Positions 40,374 to 49,457 of a stretch of 64,000 nt of DNA are shown in pieces. The stretch spans positions 65,250 through 129,249 of the forward strand of contig JAFGBD010000025.1 in assembly GCA_016933335.1 (NCBI GenBank). Reading direction: 5' to 3'. A program made the translations under genes and the position numbers. The DNA comes from Bacteroidales bacterium (GTDB taxonomy: Bacteria > Bacteroidota > Bacteroidia > Bacteroidales > UBA10428). How positions within the stretch are numbered: the stretch's first letter is position 1; each line of letters begins with the position of its first letter. The notes beneath the pieces were generated by a model that saw only the letters and a list, made by a program, of their open reading frames with translations, searched no databases and had not been told where the DNA came from.

Positions 40374-40495
40374 AGCCGTCACAACAGTTGTCTGGTTGGC
40401 AAGAAAGAGGCAATCTTCCGGGAGATGAATCTTATAATGTCAGCTTCGGCAATACCAGGATCAGGACTTTTATCCCGGATTACAGGGCAACGGCT
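40374..40495 (-). ncRNA. Candidate structured non-coding RNA / cis-regulatory element between yciH and yhhQ
   Basis: Closing stem AGCCGUUGC/GUGACGGCU; internal stems CGGGAU-AAAA-GUCCUG, CUGGU/ACCAG and GGAAGA-UUGCC-UCUUUC. Five G-U pairs form only on the minus strand. Followed by GAGUUUUUG. Confidence 0.6.
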
Positions 40496-40505
40496 CCTTA
40501 TACCG

Positions 40506-40853
40506 CTAACTACCTGATTTTTTTACTTTGTATTCATTATCCTGCAAAATCTGCATGATTTTTTCCCTGAAGTCGCCCTGAATAAGAATCTCTCCGTTCT
40601 TTACCGTTCCCCCTGTACTGCATTTGATTTTCAGCATATTGCCAAGTGCTTTCAGATCTTCTGTTCTGCCGGTAAAGCCTGTTACCAGTGTTACCTTTTT
40701 ACCGCTTCGTTGTTTTTTATCCAGGGAAATACGCAGATCCTGCTGCCGGGCAGGTAAGGTATCCGGCTCCTGTTCCACGTTATCATTATAAATATAATCG
40801 GGATTGGTGGAATAGACAATCCCGTCCCCGTATCTTTTTTTCCTTGCAGACAT
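40506..40853 (-). CDS. yciH: Translation initiation factor SUI1-like YciH
   Basis: GIVYSTNPD, R.GKKVTLVTGF, LK..C..GGTVK.GEILIQGD. Confidence 0.92.
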   Translation of the reverse strand: MSARKKRYGDGIVYSTNPDYIYNDNVEQEPDTLPARQQDLRISLDKKQRSGKKVTLVTGFTGRTEDLKALGNMLKIKCSTGGTVKNGEILIQGDFREKIMQILQDNEYKVKKSGS

Positions 40854-40954
40854 GCTGGTTATTTTATTATTCGTAAAAGTAGACAATATACTTTGATTTT
40901 TTTATTAAGAGATTTATTCGCATATTTAGTCACCGTTTTCCATGAACATACATA

Positions 40955-41914
40955 ATGGATCAAACAAAAGAAAATCCATCATGGCTTGCAATTGTCAATC
41001 CCAATGCAGGGCATGGCAAAGGTAAAGCCGACTGGGAAAAGATCTCCGGTTTGTTGTCTGAATACCAGATCAATTACAAATCCTGTTTTACCTGTTACCG
41101 GAAACATGCTATTGAGCTTACCAGAGAAGGAGTCAAAGAAGGATACAGAAAGATCATTGCCGTTGGTGGTGATGGCACTATGAATGAAGTGGTGAATGGC
41201 TGCTTTATGCAAAAAAGTTGTCCTGCCAGAGATATCACACTCGGAATGATTACCGTAGGTACAGGCAACGACTGGGGAAGAATGTTTGGTATTCCCGGTA
41301 ACTATGAAGGTGCAATAAAACTGATTAAAGAACATAAGATCAGGTTACAGGATACAGGAATTGTATATTATTTCGATGGAAACAAAAGAAAAAAAAGGTA
41401 TTTCATCAATATTGCCGGACTGGGATTTGATGCTGTTGTGGTGCAGCGGACAAACCTGCAGAAAGACAAAGGCCGAAAGGGTAAATTACTTTATTTCTGG
41501 AATTTACTTTCCTGTCTCATGTCATATAAACATACACAGACTGAAGTAGTTATTGATGGTAACAGAATATCCAATCACACATTTACAATCAGTCTGGGAA
41601 TAGGGAAATATTCGGGCGGAGGTATGATGCAAACCCCCAACGCCATACCGGATGATGGTTTTTTCGATATCACCATCATTAAGAAGATGAGAAAGATAGA
41701 GGTGGTAAGAAGACTGAAGATGCTTTATAACGGGACTATCCTGGATCATCCGCTTATCGAAGGTTTTAAGGGGAAAAATGTCATGATTGATTCCGATCCT
41801 TTAATTCACCTGGAAGCTGACGGTGAAACACTTGGTCATTCACCCATTGAATTCAGAATTGCACCCCGAAGCATTAATATTATTTATGGTCATTACCTTT
41901 GTGAAGAAAACTAG
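40955..41914 (+). CDS. Diacylglycerol kinase family lipid kinase (YegS/DgkB-like)
   Basis: NPNAG, VGGDGTMNEVVNG, GTGND, NIAGLGFDA, EADGE. Confidence 0.92.
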   Translation: MDQTKENPSWLAIVNPNAGHGKGKADWEKISGLLSEYQINYKSCFTCYRKHAIELTREGVKEGYRKIIAVGGDGTMNEVVNGCFMQKSCPARDITLGMITVGTGNDWGRMFGIPGNYEGAIKLIKEHKIRLQDTGIVYYFDGNKRKKRYFINIAGLGFDAVVVQRTNLQKDKGRKGKLLYFWNLLSCLMSYKHTQTEVVIDGNRISNHTFTISLGIGKYSGGGMMQTPNAIPDDGFFDITIIKKMRKIEVVRRLKMLYNGTILDHPLIEGFKGKNVMIDSDPLIHLEADGETLGHSPIEFRIAPRSINIIYGHYLCEEN

Positions 41915-41971
41915 TTTTAAGAATGATTTACAGTAAAAGCGACCATTCCTTGAAAAAATAACAAAATAAAC

Positions 41972-43885
41972 CTAACCGTTATCCTGATCTTTGTTCAGGG
42001 GCAGCTTCACGATGAAGGTGGTCCCTTTGTTTACTTTGCTCTCTACCATAATTTCCCCTTTGTTCATCCTGACAAAGTCATAGGCAAGTGACAAACCGAG
42101 ACCAACACCTTTTTCACTTTCGGTTCCCCAGGTGGATTTATCTCCTTTAAGCCTGAAGATATCCTTCATCTTTTCCCGGGGAATGCCAACACCGTTATCT
42201 TTAATCTTAACCAGAGCCCTGGCATTGGCCTTATTACCGGTGACTTTAATGGTGCTGTCTCTTTGGCTGAATTTCACGGCATTGTTGATCAGATTACGAA
42301 ATACCGTCATCATGCTGTTCTTATCAGCCCATATTACAAGATCGTCTTCCACCTCATTCACGATACTGATGTTTTTGGCAAGGGCCATGGTTGTCAGGCT
42401 CATTACGGTTTCATCCATTATTTCTGCCAGCCGTATCTTTCCGGGAGAAAAAGGAAATCGTCCCTGTTGGTTTAAAGCCCAGCTAAGTAAATTATCCAGT
42501 AATGATGATACCTTGTTGATGGCCTGGTTAAGTTCATCAGTCAGTTCACCAAGGTCAGCCACATTTCCTTCAGCAATGTATTCTTTAAGTATGACTGAAA
42601 AACCATGTAAAGAGTTCATGGGGCCTCTCAGGTCGTGTGATATAATTGAAAAAAACCTGTCTTTTGTCTGGTTAAGATCAGCAAGCTGATCGCGCTGGGT
42701 TCTAAGTTCCTCCTTTTGCTCTTCAAGCTGTTTGTTGATCTGGATTTTTCTTTTATTATTGGCATATAAAACACATATTAAAGCTCCTGTTAACAATATA
42801 ATCACACCTAATCCCATTGATATGATTGTCTGGGTTTGTTTCTTCTTTTTGAACAGATCGACCTCTGTCTGTTTTTGTGCCACTTCAAACTCAGTTCGCA
42901 TATTTGCCATCTGGATTATCTTTTCTTCATTAATGATGCTGTCGCGGTATGAGATATATTCTATCTGATATTCAAATGCTTTTTTATAATCTCCTGTCAG
43001 GCTGTATAACTCAGATAACATACGGGATGCGGAACTCAGGTTCTGAAGAAGGCCATAACTGTCAGCAAGATCATAGCTTTCATGTGCATGGCTGAGTGCC
43101 CTCCTGTAATCGCCGTTATCCCCGTATATCTCTGATAAACCCAGGTGGTATTTTGCAATCGGATACATATCTCCTAATTCTTTCAGCAATTCAATTGCTT
43201 TCAAAAGATTTTTCTCTGCCAGTCTGCTGTTGTCTTGTCTTAAATAAGCAAGTCCTTTATTGCCATAGCAATAAGCAATGCCTGTGGGATTATTCAAATA
43301 CCGGTAAATTCTCTCGGAAATATTGAAATAGTTTAAAGCAGAATCGAGTTGATTTATAAACAGATATTCACTTCCGGCATTGAACAGAACATTTGCCAGC
43401 CTTGTGCTATCGTTCTGATCTTTGAAAATAGCAATGGCTCTGTTGTAATAAAGCAGTGAATTCTTATGATCTTCGGTAGACATATAAAGATCACCAAGAG
43501 CTGTAAAAGCACATCCAACACCCCTGTGGTAATCCATCTTATATGCTTCAGAAGCACAATCAAACAGAACCTGTGCAGCATTCTCAAAATCCCCTTTCAG
43601 TCTCAATGCATGGCCTTTCTGCAATAGACCCCTGTAAATAAAGAGAGGATTGGATTTGTCCCTGGCTGTGTTGATCAGCTGATTTGAAAACTTTAATGCA
43701 GAATCCGGATTGGGATGATAATAGGCAAGATCATATAAAAGCATCAGATGTGCAGAATCATCAGAAGGAATCTGCCTGTAGTAGATTGTTGTCAGACTGT
43801 CTGCAATCCGCTGATCCTGTGCCCTGATGAGCGAAAAAGATAAAAAACAGGCTGTCAGTATAAAACCAACAATTAATATTCTCAT
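41972..43885 (-). CDS. TPR-repeat periplasmic sensor histidine kinase
   Basis: Signal peptide, ~6 TPRs of ~40 aa, TM helix, SIISHDLRGP H-box, RNLINNAVKF, DNGVGI, GVGLGLSL. Confidence 0.93.
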   Translation of the reverse strand: MRILIVGFILTACFLSFSLIRAQDQRIADSLTTIYYRQIPSDDSAHLMLLYDLAYYHPNPDSALKFSNQLINTARDKSNPLFIYRGLLQKGHALRLKGDFENAAQVLFDCASEAYKMDYHRGVGCAFTALGDLYMSTEDHKNSLLYYNRAIAIFKDQNDSTRLANVLFNAGSEYLFINQLDSALNYFNISERIYRYLNNPTGIAYCYGNKGLAYLRQDNSRLAEKNLLKAIELLKELGDMYPIAKYHLGLSEIYGDNGDYRRALSHAHESYDLADSYGLLQNLSSASRMLSELYSLTGDYKKAFEYQIEYISYRDSIINEEKIIQMANMRTEFEVAQKQTEVDLFKKKKQTQTIISMGLGVIILLTGALICVLYANNKRKIQINKQLEEQKEELRTQRDQLADLNQTKDRFFSIISHDLRGPMNSLHGFSVILKEYIAEGNVADLGELTDELNQAINKVSSLLDNLLSWALNQQGRFPFSPGKIRLAEIMDETVMSLTTMALAKNISIVNEVEDDLVIWADKNSMMTVFRNLINNAVKFSQRDSTIKVTGNKANARALVKIKDNGVGIPREKMKDIFRLKGDKSTWGTESEKGVGLGLSLAYDFVRMNKGEIMVESKVNKGTTFIVKLPLNKDQDNG

Positions 43886-43887
43886 GG

Positions 43888-44274
43888 TTAGTCTTTTATC
43901 TTAATAACAGGTGGGGGATCACCGTTTTTTTCAAAGCCGGATTTCAAATTGCTTTCTGCTTCAGCTGGTTTGCATGCGATGTATGATATCCAATACGGGT
44001 ATTCACCTTTGGCGCTGTCACTCACTCTACCTGTCCAAATCGAACACCGCTTTTTTAATAAACCTCTGGTAAACAAATCATTGTTTTTTTCAAACTCCAG
44101 ACCGGATATCTTTTTAATGCCGGAGCAGGTATCCCGTTTCCAGATAATCACATCGCCACGTGATACCTCGGTTATAATGCTTTCGTCGCCGCATATTCGG
44201 CTGGTGTCACGGAGATGCAGATGTATCTTGTTATCTCTCTTAACAAGACTGAGGTAAATAATAACTTTTGCCAT
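43888..44274 (-). CDS. Small beta-rich cytoplasmic protein with C-terminal DPP.VIKI motif
   Basis: Start MAKVIIYL (ATG 44274); TEVSRGDVIIWK, GEYPYWISY, GDPPPVIKIKD; stop 2 nt before the kinase ATG. Confidence 0.75.
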   Translation of the reverse strand: MAKVIIYLSLVKRDNKIHLHLRDTSRICGDESIITEVSRGDVIIWKRDTCSGIKKISGLEFEKNNDLFTRGLLKKRCSIWTGRVSDSAKGEYPYWISYIACKPAEAESNLKSGFEKNGDPPPVIKIKD

Positions 44275-44445
44275 GGTGGTTGGTTTTTGATTGGTACGAA
44301 TAAATTGCATCTAAAAGTAGTATTTTTGAATCAGAAAGTAAAGAAAATATTGCAACCGGATATTGATGTATGGCTGTAAATGACAAATATCCCTGCCGGT
44401 AACAGCAGACTGTAAACAGACCGGCTTAAAAGGGAAGATGTTGTA

Positions 44446-47262
44446 TTAAAAATGGACGATTTGTTTATGACCTTCGTAATGTATGACTTTATCCGGATTA
44501 CTGCATATCTTTATTCCGGTACCATGATTTTCACTGACAAGTATAACGTTGATTGTGCGTTCTTTCAGCAAACCCGGAAAATGTCCCTTTTGTTCTTCAA
44601 TCGTCAGGGTTTGGCTGTCCTCATCCCAGATGAAATCAATGGTGGCATAGATGCCTTTCTCATAATTGTAATTGTCATTCTCATCTTCATACAGTGTGAA
44701 TGTCCCGTCAGCTCCCGGATAGATTCTTAATTCAATCGGATCTGCAGGTTTTTCAGATGCATACTGCAAAAAAGGGCCCATTGGTATGATCGATCCGGCT
44801 TTAACCAGCAAAGGTATGATGTTGACCGGGGACTGGAAAACAGCATTCTGCCCCCCCTGGTGTTTGCTACCTGTCCAGAAATCGAACCAGACATGGCCTG
44901 AGGCCAGGTATACGTTCCTGGTTTTTTCTTTTAACACATTGGTTCTTTCCATTCTGAATGTCTCCGGTGTCTTCCAGTAAAGCAACATTCTTGCCGCGCC
45001 TGTTGAATTGTTCTCAGTCTCAACCACCAGGCTGTATTCCCTGTTTGCCTCAAGATATATCGTATCGGTATATTGTTCGGTGCTGGTATATACAACCGGT
45101 AATTCCCGGCCTTCCAGAATAATCCTTTTACTGTCGAAACTTTTCATGTGAAACTGGTGTGTACCGGTTTCTTTTGGTATGATCTTGCCTTCCCACCTGA
45201 TTGAAAACATTGAATCGGTAACATAACCGGGCCTGCCAGTGTACCAGAAAACATCAATGCAGGAGTCGGTCTGTTCTTTACCTAAAATCTGATAACGGTT
45301 GTCTCTATAATATCTTGCATTCAGGCCCGGTTTACCGTCTTTTGTCCTGAAATATCCGGGACCAATCAGCCGACTTTGCTCCGGAGGCCTGTGATACATG
45401 TATTCTGTCACAGGACAAACCATTATTGCGGGGCCGAACATAAACTGGTCATCTATGGAACGGGTATTCCTGTCTGCAGAAAAATCCATCGGTAATCCGC
45501 GCATATAGGTATATCCTTCGCTTGTCACTTTCCAGGCAAGAGAGTAAATATAAGGCATGAGGCGGTACCTGAGATTGTCAAATTCGATCAGCACGTCGGA
45601 ATATCGATCGATTTCCCAGATTTCGCGTGGGGTTTCAGAACCATGTGAACGGAATATGGGAGCAAACGTGCCCAGCTGAAACATACGGGTATAGAGTTCC
45701 TGGTAGGCAGGATCTTTACCACCCCTGTGAAACAGGCCATCATATGCGCCAATGACAAACGCACCAATGTCAAATGTCCAGTAAGGCACACCGGACATAC
45801 AATGGTTGATTCCTGCAGCAATCTGGTTTCTATATACTTCCCAGTTAGCCCCGATATCACCTGACCAGGTTGTGGAAGCACTGCGTTGCTGCCCTGCAAA
45901 GGTTGAACGTGTAAGAATATAAGCCCTGCGGCCGGATGTCTCCTCACGCCAGAACTTATATAAATCATCTGTCATCATCAGAGAGAAGGCATTGAGATAT
46001 CTTGCCCATGATCCCAGGTGATTGCTGCCCATTTTTTTCATTTCATATTCGGTGGATTCTTTTGTCAGTGCATTGACAACATCAGGTTCGGTAGAATCGA
46101 TCCACCATGCGTCTATTCCGGCAGAATATAAACCCTGCTTCAGGTATTTCCAGTATAATCTGTTAGCTGCCGGATTAAATGCATCATAATATTTGAATCC
46201 GGCCCAGCCGACAGGTTTATATAAGAATCCGTGTCTCAGCATATCTTTATAAATAGCTGTATTTGGGCCCAGGGCAGGCCATATGGAAATCATCATATGA
46301 TAATTCATCTGATGAAACAGGTCTACCATCTCTTTGGGTTCTGGAAACAGTTCTTTGTCAAAAAACATCCCTCCCCAGTTGGCTGCACCGTTCCAGTAAT
46401 CCCAGTCCTGTATGATATTGTCAACCGGGATTTTCCGTTTCCTGTATTCGGTGACAACAGCCGTGATTTCAGACTGGTTGTCGTAATGTTCCTTGCTTTG
46501 CCAGTATCCGTATGCCCACCTGCCATACATAGGTGACTGACCGGTCAAATCACGGTAACCTGCAATAACTTCATCCATGTTCCTCCCATATATAAAGTAA
46601 TAATCCACATTATCAGCCACATCCGACCAGAGAGATGCTCCCTGTTCGTCATCTTTAAAAATGGTCTTGGAATAGTTATCCCATAGAATGCCGTAGTTCT
46701 GTGTTGAAATAAGAAATGGTATAACTGCGTCTGTATTGGTCTGTACCAGTTTTACCGTTTTTCCCCTGTAGTTAAAGTAGCCGTATTGATGCTGTCCGAG
46801 TCCGTATATACCTTCATCATCTGAAAGACTGAATGACTGCCTGATACTGTATGCTGAATCTGTATCGTAAACCACGGGGGTAAATTCAGGCTTTCCTGTT
46901 TCATCAAGAACGATCGAACCGCCGGGAGAAAAATATTGTATATGCCCGTCTTTCTTATACAATCTGGCCTGCAGCATTGATGATTTCAGTAAGATATAAT
47001 CCTTTTCCTCCTGAATATCAATGGTTATTTCAGGAATACTGTCCATGATTACAGAAAGACTGTTTTTTCCGGAAGTACCGCCGGGCAACCATTTTACCAC
47101 CCTGATAATATCATCATCATAGAATTGCACCCGCAAGCATATATTGTTGGTAATGAGTTCTGTTCCGTTTTTAGCAGGTTTAATCTCCGGAACCCCCGAT
47201 CCGCAGCTACAGATAACAAAGGCAGTTAACAATGCAGCTGCAAGTGCATTTAATTTTTTCAT
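44446..47262 (-). CDS. GH31 alpha-xylosidase-like lipoprotein with PA14 insert
   Basis: Lipobox ICSC; YGLGQHQ, GYWQSKEHY, WWIDSTEP (nucleophile), WSGDI (acid/base), FRSHG; PA14-like GLNARYY...FSIRWEGKI; YEDENDNYNYEKG. Confidence 0.92.
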   Translation of the reverse strand: MKKLNALAAALLTAFVICSCGSGVPEIKPAKNGTELITNNICLRVQFYDDDIIRVVKWLPGGTSGKNSLSVIMDSIPEITIDIQEEKDYILLKSSMLQARLYKKDGHIQYFSPGGSIVLDETGKPEFTPVVYDTDSAYSIRQSFSLSDDEGIYGLGQHQYGYFNYRGKTVKLVQTNTDAVIPFLISTQNYGILWDNYSKTIFKDDEQGASLWSDVADNVDYYFIYGRNMDEVIAGYRDLTGQSPMYGRWAYGYWQSKEHYDNQSEITAVVTEYRKRKIPVDNIIQDWDYWNGAANWGGMFFDKELFPEPKEMVDLFHQMNYHMMISIWPALGPNTAIYKDMLRHGFLYKPVGWAGFKYYDAFNPAANRLYWKYLKQGLYSAGIDAWWIDSTEPDVVNALTKESTEYEMKKMGSNHLGSWARYLNAFSLMMTDDLYKFWREETSGRRAYILTRSTFAGQQRSASTTWSGDIGANWEVYRNQIAAGINHCMSGVPYWTFDIGAFVIGAYDGLFHRGGKDPAYQELYTRMFQLGTFAPIFRSHGSETPREIWEIDRYSDVLIEFDNLRYRLMPYIYSLAWKVTSEGYTYMRGLPMDFSADRNTRSIDDQFMFGPAIMVCPVTEYMYHRPPEQSRLIGPGYFRTKDGKPGLNARYYRDNRYQILGKEQTDSCIDVFWYTGRPGYVTDSMFSIRWEGKIIPKETGTHQFHMKSFDSKRIILEGRELPVVYTSTEQYTDTIYLEANREYSLVVETENNSTGAARMLLYWKTPETFRMERTNVLKEKTRNVYLASGHVWFDFWTGSKHQGGQNAVFQSPVNIIPLLVKAGSIIPMGPFLQYASEKPADPIELRIYPGADGTFTLYEDENDNYNYEKGIYATIDFIWDEDSQTLTIEEQKGHFPGLLKERTINVILVSENHGTGIKICSNPDKVIHYEGHKQIVHF

Positions 47263-47655
47263 GATGTTGGATATTAGATATAAAACCAATAAAAATGCCT
47301 GAACAGAATAAAATTATGAATTTGTCATGATTGTCCCAAGATAACAAAACGAATTGAGGCGGCATGATAACAAATGAGTACTAATTTATAAACAAATGCC
47401 ACATTAACTGATGTCATTAACCGGATTAACGGACTATGATAACAATACCGGCCGGATAAATAACCGGCAGATATAAGAGGAATTATTACTCAATGGCAGC
47501 TATAAGACATAATTTTATGGTTGCCTGTTTTTTTTGGCATCAGGGTTAATAATTGTCCCCATTTGAAATTTGAATCTTGCAGACAATATTTATCTTTGCA
47601 GGTGCGTTACTCTCAAATAAAACATGCCAGCTGTAAAATTTAAATACAACCATAA

Positions 47656-48279
47656 ATGAACAGAACCAGCCATATCCTGAAACTTACCGCCTTTTTTGTC
47701 TTTTTATGTAATGCAGCAATTGTTTTTTCGCAGCAAAACCAGTCAAAACCCACCCTGGACAAAGGCAGTATTGAAAACAGTTTTGCTTACGTAATCAGAA
47801 ATGCAAGTGATTATGAGGATTCAAAAGTTGTTAAATCATGGTGGCTCTGGAGATTAAGGTCATATGTCCTTGATTCTATAAAGGAATATCGTGACAGCAT
47901 TCAATATATACAGATTATGGTTGACACCAGGGATCATCGAATCGATTCCCTGAAAACAGATTTGAGAGAAGTGAAAGCATCACTGTCAGCAGCTGTCAGA
48001 GAAAGAGATTCACTTTCTTTTTTAGGCATTGGTATGACAAAGTTCCTGTACAACCTCATCATGTGGCTTCTGGCAGCTGCCCTTTTTGCTGTTCTTATTA
48101 TTGTTTTTATGTTATACAAAAGAAGCAATGTTGTTGCAGTTAAGATGAAGGAAACACTTGCTGAAACAAGGGAGGAGTTTGAAGCGCACCGGAAAAAAGC
48201 ACTCGAACGTGAACAGAAAATCGCCCGCGAGATGTATGATGAGATCATCAAATACAAGAATAAGTACGGGGAACTCTGA
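47656..48279 (+). CDS. Coiled-coil membrane protein (Bacteroidota hypothetical)
   Basis: Signal peptide, coiled coil, DSLSFLGI..TK..YN..MW TM helix, EFEAHRKKALERE tail; -7 element TATCTTTG at 47591-47598. Confidence 0.75.
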   Translation: MNRTSHILKLTAFFVFLCNAAIVFSQQNQSKPTLDKGSIENSFAYVIRNASDYEDSKVVKSWWLWRLRSYVLDSIKEYRDSIQYIQIMVDTRDHRIDSLKTDLREVKASLSAAVRERDSLSFLGIGMTKFLYNLIMWLLAAALFAVLIIVFMLYKRSNVVAVKMKETLAETREEFEAHRKKALEREQKIAREMYDEIIKYKNKYGEL

Positions 48280-48473
48280 TACCTGAATATCGTAATATCA
48301 TTCAGGTTTTTATATTTTGTTTTTCCTGCCTTTATACTTTCACGTCACTTTTGGTACACACAACCGGCTTACTGCTTACGTTATCTGAATAAATCGGGCA
48401 TTTGAAATCCGAATACTGTGTATCCCGGTTTAATATTTGTATATTTGCCTCAGAACATGAAAAATTAATTCAA

Positions 48474-49445
48474 ATGGCAAAAAACACAGATTATTACCGT
48501 GACAGTTCCCGGTTAGCAAAAATGCTGCTTAACAATGCCAATCTGATGGCCTTGATATTGTTAATAATCATCCTGCTCTTCAGTTCATTTTTTCAGATAG
48601 ATCCGGAAGAGACGGGAATTATAACACGTTTTGGCAAATATGTGAGAAAGGTTGAACCGGGACTGAATGTAAAGCTTCCTTTTATTGAAAGGGTGTATAA
48701 GGTACCTGTTGAAAGACAGCAGAAACTGGAATTTGGTTTTCGTACAGTCAAAGCCGGAATAAACACACAGTATACCAGGTCTGGATACACTGATGAATCA
48801 TTGATGTTAACAGGTGATTTAAACCTGGCTGATGTGGAATGGGTAGTGCAATACCGTATTGACGATGCCTATATGTTTTTATTTAAAGTGAGAAATCCTG
48901 AGACGACATTGCGTGATATTTCGGAAGCCGCCTTGCGGCAGATTGTCGGAGATCGCACAGTGAATGAAGTCCTTACAGTAGGCAGGACAGAGATAGCAAC
49001 ACAAATGGAAGAACTTGTGCAACAAGTCTGTACCGAATATTCACTGGGCATCAAAATTGACCAGGTGGTTCTTCAGGATGTCAATCCTCCTGATCCTGTG
49101 AAGGCAGCATTTAATGCAGTGAACCAGGCACAGCAGGAGAAAGAAACCCTGATTAACCAGGCAAAATCAGAATACAATAAGGTCATTCCAAAAGCCAAGG
49201 GACAAGCCCAGGAAACAATACAAAAGGCTGAAGGGTATGCCACCCAGCGTGTAAACAATTCACTGGGGGAGGTAGCCCGTTTCAATGCCATTTACAGGGA
49301 ATACATTAAAGCCCCTGAAGTTACAAAGCGGAGAATATACCTCGAAACCATGGCATCGGTATTACCCAGGCTGGGTAACAAAATCATAGCTGACGAGGAA
49401 GGAAACAGTGTATTACCACTTTTACAGATGCCATTAAACAAATAA
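48474..49445 (+). CDS. hflK: FtsH protease modulator HflK
   Basis: SPFH domain (MLTGDLNLADVEWVVQYRI, QDVNPP..V..AF), VIPKAKGQA, APEVTKRRIYLETM; start at 48474 after -7 element TATATTTG (48440-48447). Confidence 0.93.
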   Translation: MAKNTDYYRDSSRLAKMLLNNANLMALILLIIILLFSSFFQIDPEETGIITRFGKYVRKVEPGLNVKLPFIERVYKVPVERQQKLEFGFRTVKAGINTQYTRSGYTDESLMLTGDLNLADVEWVVQYRIDDAYMFLFKVRNPETTLRDISEAALRQIVGDRTVNEVLTVGRTEIATQMEELVQQVCTEYSLGIKIDQVVLQDVNPPDPVKAAFNAVNQAQQEKETLINQAKSEYNKVIPKAKGQAQETIQKAEGYATQRVNNSLGEVARFNAIYREYIKAPEVTKRRIYLETMASVLPRLGNKIIADEEGNSVLPLLQMPLNK

Positions 49446-49457
49446 AACAATTAAGTC

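Noticed and set aside
40374-40495. TPP riboswitch, SRP RNA or preQ1-I riboswitch
   Set aside because: CCUGAUCCUGGUAUUGCC superficially resembles TPP, but UGAGA and AGCGUAGGGA are missing. There is no SRP CAGG-GNRA-AGCAG motif and no preQ1-I core.
40325-40558. 77-aa plus-strand ORF
   Set aside because: It is antisense to the yciH-yhhQ unit, overlaps yciH, starts at TTG and has no recognisable features; the region is better explained as structured RNA.
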